Assembly: GCA_002498605.1 (NCBI GenBank)
Contig: DAHY01000009.1
Coordinates: 22,971-86,970 of the forward strand
Origin: Methanomassiliicoccaceae archaeon UBA404
GTDB lineage: Archaea > Thermoplasmatota > Thermoplasmata > Methanomassiliicoccales > Methanomethylophilaceae
Direction of reading: 5' to 3'
DNA: 64,000 nucleotides
A program made the position numbers and the translations under genes. The notes under the pieces were generated by a model. That model searched no databases. It saw only the letters and a program-made list of their open reading frames with translations, and was not told where the DNA came from. Every line of letters starts with the position of its first letter. Position 1 is the stretch's first letter. Shown one piece after another: positions 56,119-64,000 of this stretch.

Positions 56119-57069
56119 GTGTCCCGAAGAAATCTGTTCGTCGCGGTGTTTGTTTTGTCTTTATTCATGATGCCTCTGGCATTGACCGAAGAGGCGTATG
56201 CTTCATCGGACGGGTTCGTGTATTATCACGATAAACTCACAGACAAAGAAAAGAAAATTTTCGATTTGTGCGAATTTGAAAACACTTCCGACACGGTCCC
56301 CGCGGATACGGAACAGGAAACCGTAACCATGGTGGCAAAACTGATGGTACTCGAAAATCCGAAACTGTACTGGTTATGGGTATCCCCGACGCTGAACGAT
56401 GACGGAACGCTGTCTTACAGTTTTATCGACGGTTTCGATCCCGATCCGCCCGGCGCCATGGAAAGTTTTGTCAATGAAATAAAATCCGAACTGGATATCG
56501 GGTATTCGGTCAAAGACGCCGCAACCGCGGTCAACGCAAAACTTACAGCCAACACAAAACTTGTTGAAAGCAGTGAAAACATTGCAACGGGAACGGCTTT
56601 CGGAGCCATTGTTCTCAAAGAAGCGGATTCCTTCGGATTTGCCGCCGCTTTCAGTTACACAATGAACGAATTGTACGGTGACGGCAACATCAATATTCTG
56701 ACGGCGGTCGGAAAACTTCACAATTCCGAAGGTTACGACGAACACGCCTGGAATCTTGTACGTACCGAAGATAAATGGTACGGAGTCGATACGGCACTGA
56801 ACAAAAAAGAAAATTCAAACTCGTATGTCATGACGGCTTCCAACGACAGGGGCAACAGCGAAGGATACACCTTTGCGGCCTCTCATCAGCCCGGTTTGTC
56901 GGAGTATCTGGAATCAAATACATTTTTTGAAACCCCGGAACCGTACATGAAAGAAATACTGCCCCCCGAGGAGCCTACCACATTTGAAAAATACGGTCCT
57001 TATGTCATGGTAATAAGCATTATAACCATACTGTGCATAATGATGATAGTTTATTCAAGACGTGGTTGA
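56119..57069 (+). CDS. secreted, C-terminally anchored transglutaminase-like protein
   Basis: GTG start, signal peptide, a DEHAWNLV...WYGVDTA (His/Asp) core, and a C-terminal TM helix. Confidence 0.55.
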   Translation: MSRRNLFVAVFVLSLFMMPLALTEEAYASSDGFVYYHDKLTDKEKKIFDLCEFENTSDTVPADTEQETVTMVAKLMVLENPKLYWLWVSPTLNDDGTLSYSFIDGFDPDPPGAMESFVNEIKSELDIGYSVKDAATAVNAKLTANTKLVESSENIATGTAFGAIVLKEADSFGFAAAFSYTMNELYGDGNINILTAVGKLHNSEGYDEHAWNLVRTEDKWYGVDTALNKKENSNSYVMTASNDRGNSEGYTFAASHQPGLSEYLESNTFFETPEPYMKEILPPEEPTTFEKYGPYVMVISIITILCIMMIVYSRRG

Positions 57070-57119
57070 TTCGAAATTCTTTATATATGAATATACAACA
57101 ACCCAACTGAGGAGTCAAA

Positions 57120-59210
57120 ATGGCAAACAAAATTGAAGAGAAGCCCACCGACAATCCCGTGGAGACATGGATCGACAGGCAGACCTTCAGGTCCACAGAG
57201 GACATCGAAATACCCGAGAAAATGGCCGATAGGGTTATCGGACAGGACGAAGCGGTAGAGGTAATGCGAAAGGCTGCTTTCCAGAAGAGGCATGTTATGC
57301 TCATAGGAGAGCCGGGTACAGGAAAATCTATGTTGGCCAATTCCATGGTGGAATATCTCCCCAAAGAGGAATTGGAAGACGTGGTATCGTACCATAATCC
57401 CGAAGATTTCAATGAGCCCCGCATAAGGACTCTTCCCGCCGGAAAGGGCAAGGCAATAGTTGCGGAACAGAAAGCACATGCCACCGCCGTCAAGAATCAG
57501 AAGAATTCCATGTACATTTACGTCAGCGTTTTCATAATGTTGCTTGGTTTGATGGGTTCGATAATGTTCGGTAACTGGACCATAATGTTCATTGCGCTTT
57601 TCAGCGTTTTCATAATACTTATGTTGCTGAGAAATCCCAACCAGAGGAGCGAGATTATGATCGTTCCCAAAGTGCTGGTGGGACACTCGCCGGATGACGT
57701 ACCGCCGTTTGTCGATGCCACCGGCGCGCATGCCGGAGCATTGTTGGGAGATGTCAGACACGATCCTTTCCAATCCGGCGGTCTTGAAACACCGTCTCAC
57801 GACAGGATAGAACCCGGTGATATTCACAAGGCCAACAAAGGAGTTCTTTACATTGACGAAATAAACATGCTGAGGATGGAATCCCAGCAGGCTTTGCTGA
57901 CCGCAATGCAGGAAGGAAAAATGTCCATCACCGGACAGTCCGAACGTTCCTCCGGAGCCTTGGTAAAGTCGGAGCCCGTACCCTGCGACTTTATACTAGT
58001 ATGTGCGGGAAATCTTGACGCTTTGCAGGGAATGCACCCGGCGCTCAGATCAAGAATCAGAGGATACGGTTACGAAGTCTATATGCGCAACACCATGAAA
58101 GACACCGATGAGAACAGAGACTTCGTTGCAAGATTCGTTGCGCAGGAAGTCCGCAAAGACGCAAAGATTCCTCATTTCGATAAATATGCGGTCGGTGAAA
58201 TCATCAAGGAAGCCCAGCGCCGCGGGGGCAGACGGGGAGAACTCACCCTCAGGCTGAGGGAACTCGGAGGTCTTGTACGCGTGTCCGGCGACATTGCCGT
58301 GGGCAGAAAGGCGAAAATCGTAACCAGGGAAGACGTTCTTACCGCAAAAAGATCCGCCAGAGGTTTAGAACAGCAGATTGCCGACCGTTACGTGGAAGCC
58401 AACAAGAAATATCCCTTGTTCCGCACCGACGGTTCGGAAGTGGGCATGATTAACGGTCTGGCGGCAATGAATTCCGATACGGAGATGTCCGAATATGCGG
58501 GAATCGTGCTGCCGCTGGTTGCCGAAGTTTCTCCCGCACAGGTCAGAAAGGGCGGACGTATCGTCGCCACCGGTCAACTGGGAGTGATAGCCAAAGAAGC
58601 CGTGGACAACATATCCGCGGTCATCAAGAAGTACACGATGACCAACCTTACGGACGTGGACATACACCTTCAGTATATCGGCACATATTCCGGCGTGGAA
58701 GGGGACAGTGCATCCATAACCATGGCAACAGTCATCATATCGGCTTTGGAAAACATACCCATACGTCAGGATCTGGCTATGACCGGAAGCTTGAACGTCA
58801 GAGGACAGGTTCTTCCCATAGGCGCGGTAACCGCCAAACTGGAAGCCGCCGCCGAAGCGGGAATCAAAATCGCTCTTATACCGGAAAGCAACGCCAAGGA
58901 CGTGATGATGGAAGACCGCTACTACGACGTAATGGACGTATATTCGGTATCCAACCTGCGTGATGTTCTGGAATACGCATTCGTGGACTGTCCTCTCAAG
59001 ACACAGTACCTGGACAAGCTTCTGCCTCTCACCCATGACGGAAAATCCACCGCCAAGAAGCTGGAAAGGCCTCCGAAGCCTTCGGAAAAGCCTTACAGGG
59101 TGGTTGTGGAAACCGTCGACATGTCCGAGGAAACGGAAGACTGCGAGACCGAGCCGGAACACGTTCCCGAAAGCGAAAGAACCGGCGGAGGCTCGCCCTG
59201 CGGGGCTTAA
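57120..59210 (+). CDS. lonB: archaeal membrane-bound Lon protease (LonB)
   Basis: AAA+ Walker A GEPGTGKS, two TM helices inserted in the ATPase domain, and the protease Ser/Lys pair (GDSASIT / TAKLEAA). Confidence 0.9.
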   Translation: MANKIEEKPTDNPVETWIDRQTFRSTEDIEIPEKMADRVIGQDEAVEVMRKAAFQKRHVMLIGEPGTGKSMLANSMVEYLPKEELEDVVSYHNPEDFNEPRIRTLPAGKGKAIVAEQKAHATAVKNQKNSMYIYVSVFIMLLGLMGSIMFGNWTIMFIALFSVFIILMLLRNPNQRSEIMIVPKVLVGHSPDDVPPFVDATGAHAGALLGDVRHDPFQSGGLETPSHDRIEPGDIHKANKGVLYIDEINMLRMESQQALLTAMQEGKMSITGQSERSSGALVKSEPVPCDFILVCAGNLDALQGMHPALRSRIRGYGYEVYMRNTMKDTDENRDFVARFVAQEVRKDAKIPHFDKYAVGEIIKEAQRRGGRRGELTLRLRELGGLVRVSGDIAVGRKAKIVTREDVLTAKRSARGLEQQIADRYVEANKKYPLFRTDGSEVGMINGLAAMNSDTEMSEYAGIVLPLVAEVSPAQVRKGGRIVATGQLGVIAKEAVDNISAVIKKYTMTNLTDVDIHLQYIGTYSGVEGDSASITMATVIISALENIPIRQDLAMTGSLNVRGQVLPIGAVTAKLEAAAEAGIKIALIPESNAKDVMMEDRYYDVMDVYSVSNLRDVLEYAFVDCPLKTQYLDKLLPLTHDGKSTAKKLERPPKPSEKPYRVVVETVDMSEETEDCETEPEHVPESERTGGGSPCGA

Positions 59211-59240
59211 TGCTTTAATCGGGGAGGTTGATGACATACC

Positions 59241-59771
59241 ATGTCCGGCGGGCAGGGGTACGAAAACTATTCTTTGATGATCGGAAGATTTCAGCCTTTT
59301 CATGAGGGGCATCTTGAGGTTGTCCGCAAATGCGCCCGGGAATCCGATAATCTGACAATAGGCATAGGAAGCGCTCAATATTCCCATTATCCGGATAATC
59401 CGTTCACGGCCGGCGAGAGATATCTGATGATACGGAACACGCTGGACGATCAGGGTATAGACAATTACTGCATTGTGCCCATTGAAGATCTCAACAGATA
59501 TTCGGTGTGGGTTGCCCATGTTGCGTCCATGTCCCCGCCGTTCCATTACGTTTACAGCAACAATCGGTTCACAAGGCGTCTGTTCGAAGAGGCGGGATAC
59601 GAAATGAGGGAGTCCCACATTTACAACCGCGAAGTTTATTCCGGAACAGAGGTCAGAAGGAGAATGATTGCCGATGAAAATTGGCAGGAATTATTGCCGA
59701 AGCCGGTTGTTGAAGTCATAGAGGAGATAGACGGCGTCGGACGTCTGAAGGATATTTCCGGAGGAAACTGA
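59241..59771 (+). CDS. nadM: nicotinamide-nucleotide adenylyltransferase (archaeal NadM type)
   Basis: GRFQPFHEGH, ISGTEVRRR-like SGTEVRRRM. The start may be Met at 59277. Confidence 0.85.
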   Translation: MSGGQGYENYSLMIGRFQPFHEGHLEVVRKCARESDNLTIGIGSAQYSHYPDNPFTAGERYLMIRNTLDDQGIDNYCIVPIEDLNRYSVWVAHVASMSPPFHYVYSNNRFTRRLFEEAGYEMRESHIYNREVYSGTEVRRRMIADENWQELLPKPVVEVIEEIDGVGRLKDISGGN

Positions 59772-60244
59772 TGAGTTCGGACAGATTGGAGGAGGCTCTG
59801 AGATCCACGGGATCCACGCTTTCGTTGGCTGAATCCTGCACCGGAGGGCTTATCAGCACCCTTATTACGGATACGCCGGGAAGTTCGGATTATTTTCTGG
59901 GTTCCGCCGTCACCTACAGCAATCATTCCAAAAACCGTTTGATCGGAGTTTCTCAGGAAACTTTGACGGAATACGGAGCGGTAAGCGAACAGACGGCGAT
60001 TGAGATGGCCGAAGGCTCTCTTAAACTGTTCAATTCCGACTTCGCCGCCTCCGCCACGGGCGTCGCGGGTCCCGGCGGAGGAACCGAAAAGAAACCCGTC
60101 GGGACTGTCTGCATCGGACTGACCAACGGAAGAAGAACCTTGGTTTTTACCGAGCATTTTGAGGGTAACCGTTCCGAAATACGAAAATCCACGGCAAACA
60201 AGGTTTTTGAACTTCTTACCGACTTTATACTGGAGAAAATATGA
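59771..60244 (+). CDS. pncC: NMN amidohydrolase (CinA C-terminal domain, PncC)
   Basis: ESCTGGL, YSNHSK and TGVAGPGGG motifs. The start overlaps the nadM stop (CTGATG). Confidence 0.85.
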   Translation: MSSDRLEEALRSTGSTLSLAESCTGGLISTLITDTPGSSDYFLGSAVTYSNHSKNRLIGVSQETLTEYGAVSEQTAIEMAEGSLKLFNSDFAASATGVAGPGGGTEKKPVGTVCIGLTNGRRTLVFTEHFEGNRSEIRKSTANKVFELLTDFILEKI

Positions 60245-60945
60245 GATATTCCGGACAAATCGGTCTTCTGGGAGCCGAAGGACAAAAGAAACTGGAAGAC
60301 TCCTTTGTAACCGTTGTCGGATGCGGAGGGCTGGGAACCTTCGTTTCTCTGTTTTTGGTTTCCGCGGGAGTGGGGCGCATAAGGCTTGTCGACGGAGACG
60401 TACCCTCGGAAAGCAACTTCAACAGACAGTTTTTCTATCCGGGCACAAAAGGGTTCAAGGCCGACATACTGGCAAAAAAATTGAAAGAAGTCAACGACTC
60501 TGTCACAATCGAACCGATTTGCGAATACCTTGACGGAAAAAACGGAAACCGAATTACAGAAGGAAGCGACATTGTCGCCGACTGTCTCGATTCGCTTGAA
60601 TCAAGACTGATTCTCAACAAGTTCGCGGTAAATCGAAACATTCCCCTTTCCCACGGGGGAGTGGACGGTTTTCTGGGTCAGGTTACGTTGGTCATTCCCG
60701 GAAAGACGCCGTGTCTTGAATGCATATTCGGAAATATGAACGATGTCGGCGAAGCCCCCAAATCCCTTTCGTCTTCGGTTTCCATGATAGCTTCGGTTCA
60801 GGCCACGGACATTATCAAACATATCACGGGAATCGGAGAAACATTGGCGGGAAGTCTGCTGACAATATCCATGGATTCCAATTCGTACAATAAAGTCGGT
60901 ATTTCAAAGAATCCCGAATGTCCCGTCTGCCTTAATATTCGTTGA
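60241..60945 (+). CDS. ThiF/MoeB/UbaA-family E1-like adenylyltransferase
   Basis: GCGGLGT nucleotide loop, NRQ, and CxxC...CxxC zinc sites (CLEC, CPVC). It overlaps pncC by 4 nt. Confidence 0.8.
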   Translation: MRYSGQIGLLGAEGQKKLEDSFVTVVGCGGLGTFVSLFLVSAGVGRIRLVDGDVPSESNFNRQFFYPGTKGFKADILAKKLKEVNDSVTIEPICEYLDGKNGNRITEGSDIVADCLDSLESRLILNKFAVNRNIPLSHGGVDGFLGQVTLVIPGKTPCLECIFGNMNDVGEAPKSLSSSVSMIASVQATDIIKHITGIGETLAGSLLTISMDSNSYNKVGISKNPECPVCLNIR

Positions 60946-60975
60946 AAATAAATACCTCTCTTCGGTTCAGGGGTC

Positions 60976-61881
60976 ATGGAAAAGATAATGACCGGGAAAG
61001 TCAAGGAAGTCTACGCCGTCGACGACGATACGCTTGAGTTCGTATACACCGACAACATATCGGTTTTTGACAAAATCATCCCGTCACAGATACCTCACAA
61101 AGGCGAAACTCTTTGCAGAACCGCAAAATTCTGGTTCAATCTGCTGAATGAAAACGGAATTCATAATCATTACATAAGCGAACCCGCCCCGAACAGAATG
61201 AGGGTCAAAAAAGTCAATATTATAAGAAATTATGACGAAATCAATGAAAAAACCGTGAATTATCTTATTCCTTTGGAAGTAATCTGCAGGCACTATGCCG
61301 CAGGTTCTCTGATGGACAGAGTGAAAGACGGAAAAATATCCGCCGAAGATTTGGGCTTCCCGAAAAATCATAAAGTTTCTTACGGTGAAAAATTACCTTT
61401 TCCGTTCATTGAAGTCACCACGAAACTGGAAGAACACGATATGAGTCTGACCGAAGACAAGGCCAAGGACATGGCCGGTTTAACCGATGACGAATACGAA
61501 GAAATCAAAAACACCGTTTTGAAGATCGATGAAATCATAGCCGAAGAAGCCATAAAACGCGGATTGATTCATTGCGACGGCAAAAAGGAATTCGGTTTCG
61601 ACAAAGAACGCAGGCTTATGGTTCTGGATACTTTCGGCACTTTGGACGAGGATCGCTGGTGGGACGCGGAAGAATACGCAAAAGGCAATGTTCTGGAATT
61701 GTCCAAGGAATTCGTGCGCCAGCACTACAGAAACACCGGTTACCATTCGGAATTGATGGAAATCAGGGAAAAAGGCGGAGAAGAGCCCGACATACCTCCG
61801 TTGCCTCAGGACATCATTGACCGTACGAGCAATCTGTACGTCAGTATGTACGAAAGAATAACCGGTGAGAATTTCAGGTAA
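60976..61881 (+). CDS. purC: SAICAR synthase
   Basis: GKVKEVY...YTDNISVFD N-terminus and LIHCDGKKEFG. Confidence 0.9.
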   Translation: MEKIMTGKVKEVYAVDDDTLEFVYTDNISVFDKIIPSQIPHKGETLCRTAKFWFNLLNENGIHNHYISEPAPNRMRVKKVNIIRNYDEINEKTVNYLIPLEVICRHYAAGSLMDRVKDGKISAEDLGFPKNHKVSYGEKLPFPFIEVTTKLEEHDMSLTEDKAKDMAGLTDDEYEEIKNTVLKIDEIIAEEAIKRGLIHCDGKKEFGFDKERRLMVLDTFGTLDEDRWWDAEEYAKGNVLELSKEFVRQHYRNTGYHSELMEIREKGGEEPDIPPLPQDIIDRTSNLYVSMYERITGENFR

Positions 61882-61909
61882 AACCGGTTTTGATGTTACG
61901 CAATCAACA

Positions 61910-62335
61910 TCATACCAGTTTTACCAAAACCATGTTTTCCCCGTAAGGACATTCGGTATCCCCTTCAACACTTTCCACCTTGAGTTTGATACCCGCGATT
62001 TCCGAAGGGGGATGACATCTGAACCAGTTCGCGCAACAGGGCATGTCGCAATCGATTTCCTGGAACGTGATCATGCCGCCTTCGATGACATTCTTTTTCT
62101 GAAGGGCGGCCGGGGTGGCGACTTTCTCCACTTCGACGACCTTCACTTTATCCTCGGTTTCGATGCAATCGTGGGTCTGTTCTCTTATTGCCGAAATTCT
62201 GTAACGGGATCCCTTTTCAAGATTGAGGCAGACGCTTTTCAACTTACATTCTCTGCATCCGTCCATCGGCCCGGCGTAATAGAATTCAAAACCTTCTTTT
62301 GCGGATATTTCGGATATCAGTGTTATCAAGACCAT
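61910..62335 (-). CDS. UPF0179-family Cys-rich protein
   Basis: ITLISE.SAKEGFEFYYAGPMDGCRECKLKSVCLNLE pattern recalled for archaeal UPF0179. The start shares one nucleotide with the egsA stop (TAATG). Confidence 0.55.
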   Translation of the reverse strand: MVLITLISEISAKEGFEFYYAGPMDGCRECKLKSVCLNLEKGSRYRISAIREQTHDCIETEDKVKVVEVEKVATPAALQKKNVIEGGMITFQEIDCDMPCCANWFRCHPPSEIAGIKLKVESVEGDTECPYGENMVLVKLV

Positions 62336-63393
62336 TAAATCACCCCTGTTTCTCTTGCCACATTGGCAGCGGCTTCACGGCTTATTCCGTTGCCGAGAAT
62401 CGTAAATCTGTCCTTTCTTATTCCGGCGGCGGCAGTAAGAGCTTCAATGACCTCTTCGTCGCTGAGTCCTATTTCTTTTCCCGTCGTAGGTGCGCCGATA
62501 GTTTTCAGAGCATCCCGGATAAGTTCCCAATCCCCTCCGTGAAGGTACATCATCATAATTGCACCGACACCGCACTGTTCTCCGTGCATCGCACGTTCGG
62601 GATACATTATATCAATGGCGTGAGAGAACATGTGCTCCGAACCGCTGGTGGGTCTGGAACTTCCGGCAACGCTCATGGATATCCCGGATATTATTATCGG
62701 CCTCAACGCAATCCAGACGCTTTCTTCCAAATCCGGGCGTATCAGTTCGGAATTTTCGATTATCGTTTCCGCGGCATATTCGGACAGTGAATAAGCCGAA
62801 CGGCTGAACTCATCGTTTCTCAGTCTGTGAGCGAATTTCCAGTCCTTGAGGGCGGTCAGGTTGGATATCACATCGGCACAGCCCGAGGCGAGATACCGAT
62901 ACGGGGATTTGCTGATAATCTCCGTATCCGCCAATACCCCGAGGGGGGAAACCGCATCGATGGACTGAGGACCCACATCCATTTTGAGCGATGCTCTTCC
63001 GGAAGCGATTCCGTCATGGGCCGCGTTGGTGGGGATGCTGATGAATGACAAATCCATATCGTCGGCGGCTATTTTCGACAAATCTATTTTGCTTCCTCCG
63101 CCGACGGCCAAAATGAAAGACGATCCCGTTTCCCGTATGACGGATTTCACCTCTTCAAGATTTTTCAACGTGGCATATCCCGTTATGAGAGTGTGCATGT
63201 CGTAATCCTTCGACATATATTCTTCGACAAGCTTTCCTGCGGCATCGTATGTATTGCTTCCGGTAACTATCAGTCCCGTCTTGCCGAATCTGAAAGATTC
63301 GCACATTTCCGGCAATTTGCTCAACACATCATGTCCAATGTATACGGTTCTCGGGAACTCCATTTTTTTAGCTTTGTCGAAAATATCCATCAT
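62335..63393 (-). CDS. egsA: sn-glycerol-1-phosphate dehydrogenase
   Basis: From MMDIFDKAKKMEFPRTVYIG..., with GGGSKIDLSK and the metal-binding HMFSH / HGEQ motifs. The upstream 153 codons of the long ORF are rejected. Confidence 0.85.
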   Translation of the reverse strand: MMDIFDKAKKMEFPRTVYIGHDVLSKLPEMCESFRFGKTGLIVTGSNTYDAAGKLVEEYMSKDYDMHTLITGYATLKNLEEVKSVIRETGSSFILAVGGGSKIDLSKIAADDMDLSFISIPTNAAHDGIASGRASLKMDVGPQSIDAVSPLGVLADTEIISKSPYRYLASGCADVISNLTALKDWKFAHRLRNDEFSRSAYSLSEYAAETIIENSELIRPDLEESVWIALRPIIISGISMSVAGSSRPTSGSEHMFSHAIDIMYPERAMHGEQCGVGAIMMMYLHGGDWELIRDALKTIGAPTTGKEIGLSDEEVIEALTAAAGIRKDRFTILGNGISREAAANVARETGVI

Positions 63394-63450
63394 GTTGTCC
63401 GATAGGAGATATTCTGAAAGATATAAAAGGAACCCAGTGGATTCCGCGTT

Positions 63451-63993
63451 ATGGAACGCAGAGTTTTGTTGATCTGTGCCTGCGGAAGACGGGAAGGTTT
63501 CACTTATACCATGTGTTCCGTGGCCGAGCACGCGCTGAAGAACGATGGATGGACGGTCGATACCGTTTTTCCGATCGAAATGAAAATCGGACACTGTACG
63601 GGGTGCGGATCCTGCGAAGACGGCAAAGGCTGCGTCATTGACGATGACATGGAATCCGTTTACCGTTCTTTCCATGAGGCGGAAATCGTTCTGTTCTGTA
63701 CGCCGATTCATTACAGCGGGGTCTCGTCCGTAATCAAAACAGTCATAGACAGGTTTCAGACGTTGTGGTATTCTTCCGGGAAAGGTCCGAAGTATATGGC
63801 CGCAATGATGTGCGGAGGACACGAAGAGCCGGAATTCCGCGGTGCGATGCATGTTTTCAAATCTTTGTCCATAACCGCGGGTTCGGAATGGTTGGGCGAG
63901 TTAAAAATTGCCGACACCGACAGGAAAGACTTTTCCGAAGTAAAAAAGGAAACCGAAAATTTCATCGCCGGTCTGATTCGGTCGCTGAAATGA
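63451..63993 (+). CDS. iron-sulfur flavoprotein / NADPH-dependent FMN reductase-like protein
   Basis: Flavodoxin-like fold with the compact Cys motif CTGCGSCEDGKGC and TPIHYSGVS. Confidence 0.7.
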   Translation: MERRVLLICACGRREGFTYTMCSVAEHALKNDGWTVDTVFPIEMKIGHCTGCGSCEDGKGCVIDDDMESVYRSFHEAEIVLFCTPIHYSGVSSVIKTVIDRFQTLWYSSGKGPKYMAAMMCGGHEEPEFRGAMHVFKSLSITAGSEWLGELKIADTDRKDFSEVKKETENFIAGLIRSLK

Positions 63994-64000
63994 ATACCGA

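Noticed and set aside
63394-63852. N-terminal 153 codons of the 505-aa ORF 62335-63852
   Set aside because: It overlaps the well-supported flavoprotein gene on the other strand and has no similarity to G1P dehydrogenases. The canonical EgsA N-terminus starts at 63393.
1-64000. In-frame TAG (pyrrolysine) read-through genes
   Set aside because: I considered this because the lineage may be Methanomassiliicoccales-like. No methylamine methyltransferase-like frames, and no pairs of adjacent same-frame ORFs split by a TAG, were seen in this window.

Overview
The window is a dense, mostly housekeeping archaeal chromosome segment. The archaeal call rests on G1P dehydrogenase EgsA, the HMG-CoA synthase/thiolase/DUF35 trio, Hel308, membrane LonB, Cgi121, NadM-type NMNAT, archaeal-type GlyRS/ValRS and BRE/TATA-like promoters. 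The gene set looks Thermoplasmatota / Methanomassiliicoccales-like, but no methanogenesis marker lies in the window, so that placement is only an inference. I call about 60 protein genes and three tRNAs: Gly-GCC, Ile-GAU, and Pro-CGG with an encoded CCA.

Main gene groups:
- Information processing: topA (partial, runs off the 5' edge), a DEAD-box helicase, valS, glyS, hel308, lonB, cgi121.
- Nickel and hydrogenase maturation: nikR, hypA-hypD.
- DNA repair: nth, and ogt-alkD divergent from a DUF1848 Fe-S protein.
- Cofactors and lipids: an AsnB-like PP-loop gene coupled to folC, menA-ubiE, nadM-pncC-thiF, egsA-UPF0179, and the mevalonate-entry trio.
- Other metabolism and transport: thrB-thrC, purC, acnA, a two-domain PPK2, an IMPase, an OpuA-type betaine ABC transporter and a CNNM/CorC transporter.

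There is no CRISPR array, transposase, integrase or recognisable defence operon.

The most unusual items are:
1. Two tandem paralogous structured-RNA candidates in a 1.1-kb gene-free gap (35.75-36.53 kb). Each has its own promoter-like box and a terminal helix, and one internal helix shows a compensatory change between the copies.
2. A four-CBS protein whose C-terminal ~105 aa looks like a bacterial HPF/RaiA ribosome-hibernation domain, sitting between valS and glyS.
3. A ~200-nt structured RNA candidate with a TATA box and oligo-U tract upstream of a QueG-like Fe-S gene.
4. A long structured leader upstream of the opuA operon.
5. A ValRS whose KMSKS loop reads PMHSS.
6. An AT-rich accessory islet next to tRNA-Gly.

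All calls come from reading motifs by eye. No database search, covariance-model scan or fold prediction was run, and composition statements are visual impressions rather than computed values.
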